Below, piece after piece: positions 39,244 through 49,764 of a DNA stretch of 64,000 nucleotides. The stretch lies in assembly GCA_001513145.1 (NCBI GenBank), contig LFSP01000026.1, positions 27,509 to 91,508 of the forward strand. The letters are read 5' to 3'. Both the position numbers and the translations under genes were made by a program. The first letter of the stretch is position 1, and every line of letters starts with the position of its first letter. A model generated the notes under the pieces. It had not been told where the DNA came from and ran no database searches. It saw nothing but the letters and a program-made list of their open reading frames with translations. The DNA comes from Clostridia bacterium DTU025. Lineage in GTDB: Bacteria; Bacillota; DTU025.

Positions 39244-39415
39244 ATGTGATGCATCTTCCCTTCGGAACGCAACAGACGCTCCGTTATTGAGCTGGATTAC
39301 TTGGTTGGAGGTTGGTGGCTGGCCGCGTAGGCGAGTGTGTCATTGGACGACAATTATCTTCTCCGCAAGCTCTGCGTTTCCTCCGCCGGGTCTCCCCGCC
39401 GTCGGCGAGGTCGCG

Positions 39416-39438
39416 GCTGGGCGGCGGAGCCGCCCAGC
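39416..39438 (-). other. 10-bp-stem GC hairpin (GCTGGGCGGC-gga-GCCGCCCAGC) between the pyrG stop and the long rho leader, a possible terminator or attenuator
   Basis: Perfect inverted repeat 10 bp after the pyrG stop. No U-tract on the minus strand. Confidence 0.3.
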
Positions 39439-39448
39439 CCAGTCCCTA

Positions 39449-41062
<1,614 letters not shown>

Positions 41063-41105
41063 TTAGAATACCCTCCCCAGTTGGGCTGAATCCCAACGGG
41101 ACTTT

Positions 41106-41135
41106 ATTATACCACAGGGTCACGAGCGCGCACAA
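41106..41135 (-). promoter_or_regulatory. Putative pyrG promoter (TTGTGC-N18-TGgTATAAT, extended -10) with a leader hairpin just before the RBS
   Basis: The motifs read off the minus strand. Leader hairpin CCCGTTGGG...CCCAACtGGGG lies at 41077-41100. Confidence 0.45.
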
Positions 41136-41225
41136 CGCGACATTGGCGCCTCCGGAGCCCACAAACCCCGAGCGCCCCACCATGACATGCCGAACCCGCG
41201 GCCGTTGCTGACTGTTCCGCCGCTT

Positions 41226-42662
41226 CTACCCGCGCTCCAGCACCACCACCAAAGCGTCTTCCGCCCTTTCGGGGGCTGGCAGGTCGGCGCGGCGCACCGC
41301 CCACGTGGCCCCTTCCATGCGCTGTACTCGGTTGAACTTACCTACGAAGCTATCAGCCGTGGAGACGTTGAGCTTCAGCCCGTCCGTGCGGTAGTGCATG
41401 GGTATCACCGCCCTTGGCCTAACCCTCTCGACGACTCGCCATGCCTGCTCAGCGTCGATGGTGTAGTAGCCCCCGACGGGGATCAGCAGAACGTCCACGT
41501 TGCCCAGGGCCATGACCTGGCGGTCGCTCAGGACCTCGCCAAGGTCTCCCATGTGGCAGACGCGGAAGTCGTCGGTCTCGATCACGAACATGTCGTTGGA
41601 CCCGCGCTTGGCTCCATCAGCCTCGTCGTGGGATGACTCGACGGATCTGAAGCGCACGCCGCCGATGACCCTGTCGACCCTTCCCCGCAGCACCTCCGGC
41701 GAGCCTTTCACCGCGTCGGCGTTGTTGTGGTCGAAGTGGTCATGGCTGATGGTGACCACGTCCGCTACGAGGGCCGGGACCGATAGCCCTATGCTCTCAT
41801 CGAAGGGATCCGTAACGACTCTTAGGCCGTTCTCCATAACCAGCGTGAAACAGGAATGGCCGTGCCAGGTTATCTCTGTGCGTTCGAGCCTAGCCATGCG
41901 TTCCTCCTCCAATTCCCGCTGTAGTATCTCTCTCTGGCTGGCGCGGGCCGCGCCATACCTCTGAAGGAGCCGAACTGTGGCAAGGTTCCGAAAGATTGAG
42001 CTGACTCCCGCGTACGCCATCACGCCTATGACGCTGAAAGCGCCTGCGCCCTGCACGCCTGCGAGCATCAGCACGGTGGGCACCACTCCCGCCGCCAACA
42101 GGGCCGTGGCCAGAAGCCCGACGGCCGCAGTGAACGCGGGGTTGTCGAGCACGAGAAGCATAGACCGGCGCACTGCCTTCCAAACGGTGGTGTCTTGCTC
42201 CACCATGACGGCGTACGCGTACATGAAGGTCAGCCCGACGAAAACAGACGCGTAAACCCACAGGCCGCCGAGCACCTTGATGCCGAAGGGCTCTGCCGCG
42301 AGGGCCATGTAGATGCTGGCGGCACACAGGAACGCGGCGAGACCATGCATGGCGCCGAGCAACAGCGCGCGCAGAAAGAACTTCGCGAGTCCCTGGATAA
42401 GGACGATGATCCCTGCATCCTCTTGGTGCACGGTGAGGTTGGCCCAGTATGCGGCCGCGGTCTGGACTGGCGCCACGGCCAGGATGGTCAGCGGCAGTGC
42501 CACCATGGCCGGCATCAGCACCGCGAGCGAAGCCGCTGTCGCGGCGGCGAAGAACCACACCACGCTGACCAGCAGTGACATCCCCAGGTGCTCGTACGCC
42601 AATGCCAGAGACCTGCCCAGAAGGCGCAGGGCCAGGGCTGGCGAGTGCCGCGGCGCTTGCAC
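41226..42662 (-). CDS. Fusion protein: N-terminal polytopic membrane domain plus C-terminal UPF0173-type MBL-fold metal-dependent hydrolase
   Basis: Single 478-aa frame. About 6-7 TM helices, then MARLERTEITWHGHSCF...VVTISHDHFDHNN (metallo-beta-lactamase fold). Confidence 0.65.
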   Translation of the reverse strand: MQAPRHSPALALRLLGRSLALAYEHLGMSLLVSVVWFFAAATAASLAVLMPAMVALPLTILAVAPVQTAAAYWANLTVHQEDAGIIVLIQGLAKFFLRALLLGAMHGLAAFLCAASIYMALAAEPFGIKVLGGLWVYASVFVGLTFMYAYAVMVEQDTTVWKAVRRSMLLVLDNPAFTAAVGLLATALLAAGVVPTVLMLAGVQGAGAFSVIGVMAYAGVSSIFRNLATVRLLQRYGAARASQREILQRELEEERMARLERTEITWHGHSCFTLVMENGLRVVTDPFDESIGLSVPALVADVVTISHDHFDHNNADAVKGSPEVLRGRVDRVIGGVRFRSVESSHDEADGAKRGSNDMFVIETDDFRVCHMGDLGEVLSDRQVMALGNVDVLLIPVGGYYTIDAEQAWRVVERVRPRAVIPMHYRTDGLKLNVSTADSFVGKFNRVQRMEGATWAVRRADLPAPERAEDALVVVLERG

Positions 42663-42666
42663 GTTG

Positions 42667-44397
42667 CTACATCCTCTCCGGCGCCGTGATGCCCATCAAG
42701 GCCAGGGCGTTGGCCAGCACTATCCTGGCGGCGTCCACAAGGGCCAGGCGGGCCGCGGTGAGGCCCGCCTCGTCGGTGATGACGCGGCAATCGGTGTAGA
42801 AGCTGTGGAACGCGCCTGCGAAGTCCAGGGCGAAGCGGGCCATGCGCGACGGCGCCCGCTCTACCGCGGCGCTCAGCACCTCGTCGGGGAAGGCCGCTAC
42901 CTTGCGGATCAGTTCCAGCTCGGAGTCGTGGGCGAGCAGCGCGGCATCGGGGTTGGCCCAGGCTGAAGGCTCGATCCCGGCCGCCGCGGCCTGGCGGAAG
43001 ATGCTGCAGCACCGGGCGTGGGCGTACTGGATGTACCAGACCGGGTTGTCCATGCTCTGAGCCCTGGCCAAATCGAGGTCGAACTCCAGGTGTGAGGAGG
43101 TGTTCCTCATAATGAAGAAGTATCTGGCCGCGTCCACCGGGACATCCTCCAGGAGGTCGTCCATGGTGATGAACTCGCCGGCGCGCTTGGACATCTTCAC
43201 CGGCTGGCCGTTCTTGAGCAGCGTGACGAGCTGCAGGATCAGGACTTCCAGGGTTCCCTCGGGATACCCAAACGCCTTGATCCCGGCCTGCATGCGCCCT
43301 TCGTAGCCGTGGTGGTCGGGGCCGAGGATGTCGATGAGCTTCGTGAAGCCCCTCTGCAACTTGTTCCGATGGTATGCCAGGTCCGGAGCGACGTAGGTGT
43401 ACTCGCCGTCGTTCTTGATGAGAACGCGGTCCTTATCGTCGCCGTACTCGGTGGAGCGGAACCAGAGGGCGCCCTCGCTCTCGTAGGTGAGGCCCTGCTG
43501 GCCCATCCACTGGATGAGCTCCTCCACCGCGCCGGCGTCGCGCAGGGCCTTCTCTGAGAACCAGCAGTCGAACTCAACGCCGTAGGCCTTAAGGGAGCGC
43601 TTCTGCCAGCTCAGTATGTATGAGACGGAGAAGTCTCGCAGGAGCTGCCTTGCGCGGGCGTGGTCTGGGCCTGCGAGGGCGGCATCCAGCTCGTCGCCGA
43701 TCTCAGCGATGGCCTTCTCGGCTATGTCGCGGACGTAAGCGCCGCGGTAGCCGTCTTCAGGGAAAGGATAATCGACGCCCTTCAGTTGCTGCACATGGGC
43801 GAGGACGGACTCGGCGAGAAGCCCCACCTGGCGGCCGGCGTCGTTGACGTAGAACTCGCTGGCGGCGTGGTAGCCGGAGGCTTTGAGTAGGCGCACCAGG
43901 GTATCGCCGACGGCGGCGGCTCTGGCGTTCACGACGTTCATGGGCCCGACTGGGTTGGCGCTGACAAACTCCACCAGGACGCGCTGGCCGCGGCCGTGGG
44001 GCGAGGTGCCGTAAGCGTCGCCCATGGAGCGGGCGAGGCTGAGGGTGTCGGCGGCCCACTTGGGCGATAGGCGGAAGTTGATGAAGCCTGGGCCGGCGAC
44101 TTCGACTTCCTTTATGTAAGGGCTGTGCCCGGGCTGGGTCAGTTGGTCGCGGATGGCTTCGGCGATGGCGCGCGGGGCCATGCGGGCGGCGCGCGCGAGG
44201 CCGAGGGCGACTGGCGTGGCCAAGTCGCCGTGGGCTGGGTCCTTGGGGGCCTCCACTGGAACGCGGTCGGGGGCCGAGACTGCGTCGGCAACCGCGGCCG
44301 GGAACTTGCCGGCGGCCACCAGCTCGCTGATGGCGTTGCACACTGCGGTGGCTATCTCCTGTCGAACGTGGCTCATGATGTTGTAGGTGCTTTCCAT
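42667..44397 (-). CDS. argS: Arginine--tRNA ligase
   Basis: FVSANPVGPMNVVNARAAAVGD (HIGH region) and KMSKRAG. Likely start MESTYN at 44397 with an AAGGAGAT RBS. The track ORF extends to 44469. Confidence 0.9.
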   Translation of the reverse strand: MESTYNIMSHVRQEIATAVCNAISELVAAGKFPAAVADAVSAPDRVPVEAPKDPAHGDLATPVALGLARAARMAPRAIAEAIRDQLTQPGHSPYIKEVEVAGPGFINFRLSPKWAADTLSLARSMGDAYGTSPHGRGQRVLVEFVSANPVGPMNVVNARAAAVGDTLVRLLKASGYHAASEFYVNDAGRQVGLLAESVLAHVQQLKGVDYPFPEDGYRGAYVRDIAEKAIAEIGDELDAALAGPDHARARQLLRDFSVSYILSWQKRSLKAYGVEFDCWFSEKALRDAGAVEELIQWMGQQGLTYESEGALWFRSTEYGDDKDRVLIKNDGEYTYVAPDLAYHRNKLQRGFTKLIDILGPDHHGYEGRMQAGIKAFGYPEGTLEVLILQLVTLLKNGQPVKMSKRAGEFITMDDLLEDVPVDAARYFFIMRNTSSHLEFDLDLARAQSMDNPVWYIQYAHARCCSIFRQAAAAGIEPSAWANPDAALLAHDSELELIRKVAAFPDEVLSAAVERAPSRMARFALDFAGAFHSFYTDCRVITDEAGLTAARLALVDAARIVLANALALMGITAPERM

Positions 44398-44572
44398 GGC
44401 GATCTCCTTACTCCAGTTACTGTAGACAGGATAGATTGTTGGAACGGCGGGGTCAATGGGGGACTGCACGCTATCGTTTATCCGTTTAGTATTCCTCCGC
44501 TGTGTAGGGAAATCCTCCCGGCAGGGGTGGGCGGGTGTGAGCGGCGCGGCCGCTGATGGAGGCGGGTTTCGG

Positions 44573-44602
44573 TTTACATGCTCTTATGCTGAAAGGTATA
44601 AT
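44573..44602 (+). promoter_or_regulatory. Putative sigma-A promoter for the ccm operon (TTTACA-N18-TATAAT)
   Basis: Motifs at 44573-44578 and 44597-44602. A GGAGG RBS, then an in-frame TTG at 44636. Confidence 0.45.
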
Positions 44603-44635
44603 TGTTTAGTTACAGGAGTGACTGGAGGACGCAAG

Positions 44636-45361
44636 TTGGCGGGCAGCCTGGGGCTTTGTGGACAGCAGCCTTATACCGATTTCGAGCTCAGCCTTGAGCA
44701 GGTGTCGCACTCTTTCGGAAAGCGCAGGGTGCTGACGTCTGTTAGCGCAGCGGTGCGCGCCGGACAGGTGATGGTGGTCACCGGTCCAAACGGCTCCGGC
44801 AAGAGCACGCTCATCAAGATCGCGGCGCGCCTCATCCGGCCCGCGTCGGGTCGGGTCGTATGGCGCGCAGGCGGCCGTGAGCTGGGGATGGATGCGGCCA
44901 AGGGCGTGGTCGGGCTGGTGTCGCCGGAGCTGACGCTTTACGACGAGCTCACTGCCATCGAGAACCTCCTGTTCTTCGCGAGGGTGCGGGGATGGAGCGG
45001 GCACGGGCTCGTGCGCTGGCGCGGCTTGGCGGGCGCGGAAGACGTGGCCGCCGGTGGTGGCGCTCGGGCGCGTGCGCGGGCCATACTGGAGCAGGTGGGG
45101 CTTGAGGGCCGCGGCGATGACCTGGTGGGGACGTACTCGTCAGGGATGAAGCAGCGGCTGAAGTACGCCTTCGCGCTGATGCACTCGCCCGCACTTCTGC
45201 TGCTGGACGAGCCCACGGCGAACCTGGACGAGGCCGGGACGGAGATAGTGCGGAGGATTATCGCTGAGGCTCGAGGGAGCGCCTGCGTGGTGGTGGCCAC
45301 CAACGAGCCCGAGGAGGTGACCTGGGGTGACGCCGTCATCCGACTCGGGGGCGTGGCGTAA
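44636..45361 (+). CDS. ccmA: Heme exporter ABC ATPase CcmA-like
   Basis: Walker A GPNGSGKST, signature SSGMKQR. Followed by ccmB/C. The track ORF starts at 44456, but the TTG at 44636 is more likely. Confidence 0.75.
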   Translation: MAGSLGLCGQQPYTDFELSLEQVSHSFGKRRVLTSVSAAVRAGQVMVVTGPNGSGKSTLIKIAARLIRPASGRVVWRAGGRELGMDAAKGVVGLVSPELTLYDELTAIENLLFFARVRGWSGHGLVRWRGLAGAEDVAAGGGARARARAILEQVGLEGRGDDLVGTYSSGMKQRLKYAFALMHSPALLLLDEPTANLDEAGTEIVRRIIAEARGSACVVVATNEPEEVTWGDAVIRLGGVA

Positions 45362-46097
45362 GGCTTGGGCGGTGTTCGTAAAGGACATCACCAGCGAGTT
45401 CCGCACCAGGTACGCGCTGTCAGCGGTGTTGCTGTTTGCGGTCACGGCCCTGGCAGTGGTGAGCTTCTCGGTGAGCCCCTACTCGCTGGAGCCCGATGCC
45501 CAGTCTGCGTTCCTCTGGACCGTGCTGTTCTTCTCGGCAATGACCGGGCTGGCACGGTCCTTCGTGCGTGAGGAGGAGAGCCGCACGGTACTGGCGCTGC
45601 GCCTTTCGGCGGCGCCTGACGACGTGTACCTCGGCAAGCTGATGTTCAACGCGGCACTGCAGGGGGCGGTGGCACTGGTGGTGGTCCCGCTCTTTCTGGT
45701 GCTGATGGACATAACGCCAGTAGCGCCCGGGGTTCTCGCGGCGTCGGCGGCCCTGGGAACGCTGGCGCTGGCGGCTTCGTCTACGATCGTGGCGGCCATC
45801 GTATCGAAGGCCAAGTCGAAGGGGGCCCTCTTCGCGGTGCTGGCGTTTCCCATCAGCGTGCCTGGGCTGGCGTCGGCGGTGCGATCAACCACCGTGGCGC
45901 TGCGCGGGGCCGGAGGGGCTGGTACGGCCGTCGCGGTGGGCGTGGCGGGCGCGGCGGCGAGGACTACGGGGGTCGCTGTGGCGCGTTCGGCGAGTGCAAT
46001 GGCAGCCGCCAGGGGCGACCTGCTGGCGCTGACGGCATACTCGGTTCTCATGATAGCCGCGTCGTTGCTGCTATTCGACTTTGTATGGAACGAATGA
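45327..46097 (+). CDS. ccmB: Heme exporter protein B (CcmB, ABC-2 permease)
   Basis: About 6 TM helices. Motif LWTVLFFSAMTGLARSFVREEE...LALRLSAAP, as in CcmB. The true start may be the GTG at 45372. Confidence 0.75.
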   Translation: MTPSSDSGAWRKAWAVFVKDITSEFRTRYALSAVLLFAVTALAVVSFSVSPYSLEPDAQSAFLWTVLFFSAMTGLARSFVREEESRTVLALRLSAAPDDVYLGKLMFNAALQGAVALVVVPLFLVLMDITPVAPGVLAASAALGTLALAASSTIVAAIVSKAKSKGALFAVLAFPISVPGLASAVRSTTVALRGAGGAGTAVAVGVAGAAARTTGVAVARSASAMAAARGDLLALTAYSVLMIAASLLLFDFVWNE

Positions 46098-46115
46098 GTC
46101 TTCGGAGGTGCACTA

Positions 46116-46787
46116 ATGCGACACCTGGCTGAATCCGCTGTGGCCAAGTGGGCGCTGGGCATATGGATGGTGCTCGTTATCACCGGAGCGTTCTTCTACG
46201 CCCCGGCCGCAGCTGTGCTCGGCGAGATGTCGAGGATCATCTACTTCCACATCCCCAGCGCCTGGGTTTCGGTGCTAGCCTTCCTGATGTGCACCGTGTA
46301 CAGCGTGGCATACTTGAGGCGCCGGCGCGAGATGTTCGACGCCGCGGCGTCTTTCGCGGCTGAGCTCGGCCTGCTCTTCTGCATCATCGCCACGGTCAGC
46401 GGCTCGATCTTCGCGAAGTCCGCCTGGGGATCCTACTGGAACTGGGACCCGCGGGAGACGTCCATATTCGTGCTGCTCTTGATATACGGCGCGTACTTCG
46501 CGCTGCGGTCGTCCGTGGACGATCCCGCTCGCCGTGGTTCCCTGTCGGCTGTGTACGGCGTCTTGGCGTTCATCACCGTGCCGCTCTTGGTGTTCGTGGT
46601 GCCGAGGCTGCCTGCGGTGCAGTCACTGCACCCTGACGGGCCGATCATCAGTTCAGGCGGCTCCCTTGACATGGACTCCAAGATGTTCACGGTTTTCATG
46701 GCTTCGCTCGCAGGCTTCACAGGCATATACGCCTGGGCTTTCAACCTGCGCCTGCGCGCCTGGCGGATAATCAACGAGGAAGACTGA
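46116..46787 (+). CDS. ccmC: Heme exporter protein C (CcmC) with WWD domain
   Basis: 223 aa, WGSYWNWDPRE tryptophan-rich motif. Confidence 0.8.
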   Translation: MRHLAESAVAKWALGIWMVLVITGAFFYAPAAAVLGEMSRIIYFHIPSAWVSVLAFLMCTVYSVAYLRRRREMFDAAASFAAELGLLFCIIATVSGSIFAKSAWGSYWNWDPRETSIFVLLLIYGAYFALRSSVDDPARRGSLSAVYGVLAFITVPLLVFVVPRLPAVQSLHPDGPIISSGGSLDMDSKMFTVFMASLAGFTGIYAWAFNLRLRAWRIINEED

Positions 46788-46802
46788 GGGGGATGACCAT
46801 AA

Positions 46803-46919
46803 ATGAGCGACGCGATGTCGCGTTTCATCGCTGCAGGCACCGCGGTTATCACGTGGGTCCTTCTGTTCCTATATATGATGCGCGTAGACGCAGCCATCAG
46901 GAGGCATGAGGGCCGGTGA
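46803..46919 (+). CDS. ccmD: CcmD-like small membrane protein (38 aa)
   Basis: ATG at 46803 to TGA at 46917. Single TM helix plus basic tail (MSDAMSRFIAAGTAVITWVLLFLYMMRVDAAIRRHEGR). Its position between ccmC and ccmE matches ccmD. Below the ORF-track size cutoff. Confidence 0.4.
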   Translation: MSDAMSRFIAAGTAVITWVLLFLYMMRVDAAIRRHEGR

Positions 46920-47281
46920 GCAGAAGGAAGCTTGTTGTAGTTCTCATAGCGCTGGCGGCGTTTGCCGTGTTCGGCATCACCGCGTTCCGCAGCGCGCTCA
47001 CGCCGTACGTGACGTTTGCCGAGGCGGCTGCTGTCGGCGGTAGCGCGCAGGTGTCGGGGACCGTCGACAAAGCCAGCGCTCGGTTCGACTCGGCCAGCGG
47101 TCTGTTCTACTTCGACCTGACGGACACGTCCGGCACCACCATGACGGTGCAGTACGAGGGGGCGCCTCCGGTGAACTTCGACGACGCCGAGAGCGTCGTG
47201 GCGGTGGGCAGCGTCGCCGGCAACACCTTCGTGGCCAAGAAGATCCTTGTGAAGTGCCCGTCCAAGTACCATGCTGAGTGA
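46916..47281 (+). CDS. ccmE: Cytochrome c maturation heme chaperone CcmE, CxxxY variant
   Basis: 121 aa, N-terminal TM anchor, OB-fold. C-terminal KCPSKY (CxxxY) replaces the canonical HxxxY heme-binding motif. Confidence 0.75.
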   Translation: MSRRKLVVVLIALAAFAVFGITAFRSALTPYVTFAEAAAVGGSAQVSGTVDKASARFDSASGLFYFDLTDTSGTTMTVQYEGAPPVNFDDAESVVAVGSVAGNTFVAKKILVKCPSKYHAE

Positions 47282-47650
47282 GGTGGCCTGAGGCGAGCCT
47301 TATTAGCTTGGAGGAAGCCGGCGGGTCGAAGGTCCGCGAAAGCGACCCACCCACGGGTCGGCCTGAGCAGACGCGGCGGCGGGCCGGGAAGCGGCGGAAG
47401 CTGCCGCGGGCCCTGTCTGCAAGGTTCCAGCTAGACGAAGTGTTACTACCCAGCAAGCCTCCTTCCGGTTGGTCCAGTCTCCAGTGAATCTTGATTACCA
47501 CAGCTCGATCACGGTCGGCCGCGCCCCAGCGTTTGCTTCATGCCGAGACGGAGTTTGGCGTTCGTGACGAAACCCACATGATGCCCGATGCCCGCGGCGC
47601 ACTCCGCCAGGCCGTCCGACGCCGCAAAACCCATGAACAAGGAGGCGAAA

Positions 47651-47675
47651 GCCCCAGCTCCACAAGAGCCGGGGC
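47651..47675 (-). terminator. Intrinsic terminator of the V-ATPase operon
   Basis: The minus strand reads CCCCGGCUC-uugug-GAGCUGGGG, then CUUUCGCCUCCUUGUUCAUGGGUUUUG. Confidence 0.45.
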
Positions 47676-47718
47676 CACGTTTCACGCTTGGGAACACACC
47701 GCGCCGAAGCAGCGGATC

Positions 47719-48360
47719 CTATACGCCGCGCTCGCGAACCATCTCCTTGACCTTCATGAGCCTGGTGAGGTTGCCGCGCTCGGCCTCGTCCAGCTTCATG
47801 GTGACGTACTTGATGGTGCGCTCCAGGTTGGGGATCAGCACGTACTCCAGGGCGTTCACGCGCCGCCTGGTGCGCTCGATCTCGTAGGCCATGAGCTCCA
47901 CCGACTTCTCCACCTCGGCCAGCTCCACCAGCTTCGACATGGACCGCGATAGGAGCCGGATCGCCTCGTCCAGCTCGCTGGAGGTGTACGCGAAGCCGTA
48001 AGGGTAGATGTTGCTGTCGTCGCCCTGCCGCTCGAAGCTCCACTCGAAGCTGGGCACAGCCACGTTCATGATGGTGCGCTGGGAGGCCTTGAGCTTGATG
48101 CGTTCTTTCGGGTACATCAGCGCCGCGTCGACGGCCTCCGACGACATCGCCGCCCGCGCCAGCAGGAAGCCCTGGAAGGCGTTGGCCAGGGCGCTGTCGA
48201 TCTCGGCCCGAAGCTCGCGGTCGCGCTTCACCAGCTCGAGGAAGCGGCGCAGCATCTCGTCGAGCTTGTCTTTGAGCAGCTTGTGCCCGCGCACGGCCAT
48301 GGCGTGCCTGCGCTTCAGCACAAGCAGCTGCATCCTGTTGGGGCTCACTCTGATCTCCAT
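47719..48360 (-). CDS. ntpD: V-type ATP synthase subunit D
   Basis: 213 aa coiled-coil central stalk, last gene of the operon. Confidence 0.88.
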   Translation of the reverse strand: MEIRVSPNRMQLLVLKRRHAMAVRGHKLLKDKLDEMLRRFLELVKRDRELRAEIDSALANAFQGFLLARAAMSSEAVDAALMYPKERIKLKASQRTIMNVAVPSFEWSFERQGDDSNIYPYGFAYTSSELDEAIRLLSRSMSKLVELAEVEKSVELMAYEIERTRRRVNALEYVLIPNLERTIKYVTMKLDEAERGNLTRLMKVKEMVRERGV

Positions 48361-48369
48361 CGAAGCGCG

Positions 48370-49764
48370 TCACTCCCCGCTGCGTCGCTTGGCGGGCATG
48401 TACTTCTGGATGAAGGACTCCCTCACCCTGGTGAGAAGTTCGTCAGGCAGCATGCTCAGAAGGTCCCAGCCTAGGTTCAGTGTGTACTCTATGGGCCGGT
48501 CCTCGTTCTCCCCTTGCCTGATGTACTCGTCCTCGAAGTGGTCGGCGAACTTCGCGAAGAGCTTGTCGTCGGGCGATAGCGCGGCCTCGCCCAGGATCAC
48601 CGCAAGCTCCTTCGCCTCCTTGCCACGGGCGTAAGCCGCGTACAGCTGGTTCATGGTGTCGGCGTGGTCCTCGCGGGTCTTGCCGGCGCCGATGCCCTTG
48701 TCCTTCAGTCGCGAGAGCGACGGCAGCACATCCACCGGCGGGTAGATGCCCTTGCGGTGCAGCTCTCGGGCGAGCATGACCTGACCCTCAGTGATATAGC
48801 CCGTGAGGTCAGGGATGGGGTGCGTCTTGTCGTCCTCGGGCATCGAAAGGATCGGGATCTGCGTGATTGAGCCCTTCTTGCCCTTGATCCTGCCGGCGCG
48901 CTCGTAGATGGTGGCCAGGTCAGTATAGAGGTATCCGGGGTAACCCCGCCGGCCCGGCACCTCCTTGCGGGCGGCCGATATCTCGCGCAACGCCTCGGCG
49001 TAGTTCGTCATGTCGGTGAGGATCACCAGCACGTGCATGTCAAGCTCGAACGCCAGGTACTCCGCGGCGGTCAGCGCCGTTCGCGGGGTTGCGATGCGCT
49101 CGATGGCCGGGTCGTCCGCCAGGTTTATGAACAGCACCGCACGCTCGATGGCGCCTGTGCGCTTGAAGTCGGAGATGAAGAAGTCAGCCTCTTCGAAGGT
49201 GATACCCATGGCGCCGAACACCACCGCGAACTGCTCCTCCGTGCCCAGCACCTTAGCCTGCCTGGCAATCTGCGCCGCGATCTTGGCGTGCGGAAGCCCC
49301 GACGCCGAGAAGATGGGCAGCTTCTGGCCGCGCACCAGCGTGTTCAAGCCGTCGATGGCGGAGATGCCCGTCTGGATGAACTCGGACGGGTAGTCGCGGG
49401 CGTACGGGTTTATGGGCGTGCCGTTGGTGTCGAGCCTAGCGGTGGGGATGATCTTCGGGCCGTTGTCGCGCACCCTGCCTAAGCCGTCGAACACGCGGCC
49501 CAGGATCTGCGGCGACACGCCGAGCTCCAGGCCGTGCCCGAGGAACCTCACCCTGGCGGTGGTGATGTCGATGCCTGCAGAGCCCTCGAACAGCTGTACC
49601 AGGGCGTTGGTGCCGTTGGCCTCAAGGACGCGCCCGCGCCTGACCTCCTCGCCCACGACGATCTCCACGAGTTCGCCATAGGTGACTTGCTCCACCTGCT
49701 CCACCATCATGAGCGGGCCGGCAACATCGCGGACGGTACGATACTCCTTAAGCAACGCTCTCAC
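48370..49764 (-). CDS. ntpB: V-type ATP synthase subunit B
   Basis: 464 aa non-catalytic alpha/beta-family nucleotide-binding subunit. Confidence 0.92.
   Translation of the reverse strand: MRALLKEYRTVRDVAGPLMMVEQVEQVTYGELVEIVVGEEVRRGRVLEANGTNALVQLFEGSAGIDITTARVRFLGHGLELGVSPQILGRVFDGLGRVRDNGPKIIPTARLDTNGTPINPYARDYPSEFIQTGISAIDGLNTLVRGQKLPIFSASGLPHAKIAAQIARQAKVLGTEEQFAVVFGAMGITFEEADFFISDFKRTGAIERAVLFINLADDPAIERIATPRTALTAAEYLAFELDMHVLVILTDMTNYAEALREISAARKEVPGRRGYPGYLYTDLATIYERAGRIKGKKGSITQIPILSMPEDDKTHPIPDLTGYITEGQVMLARELHRKGIYPPVDVLPSLSRLKDKGIGAGKTREDHADTMNQLYAAYARGKEAKELAVILGEAALSPDDKLFAKFADHFEDEYIRQGENEDRPIEYTLNLGWDLLSMLPDELLTRVRESFIQKYMPAKRRSGE

Noticed and set aside
41226-42662. Splitting the 478-aa ORF into two genes (membrane protein plus MBL hydrolase)
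   Set aside because: There is no stop codon between the two parts in the computed frame. It is kept as a fusion but flagged for checking.
44398-44572. T-box leader upstream of argS
   Set aside because: There is no AGGGTGGNACCGCG-type T-box sequence on the minus strand. The region is better explained as a divergent promoter region shared with the ccm operon.
47282-47500. SRP/4.5S-like RNA in the ccmE-ntpD spacer
   Set aside because: The superficial AGGUCCG...AAGC similarity does not extend to the conserved domain IV motif (GGUCAGGUCCGGAAGGAAGCAGCC).
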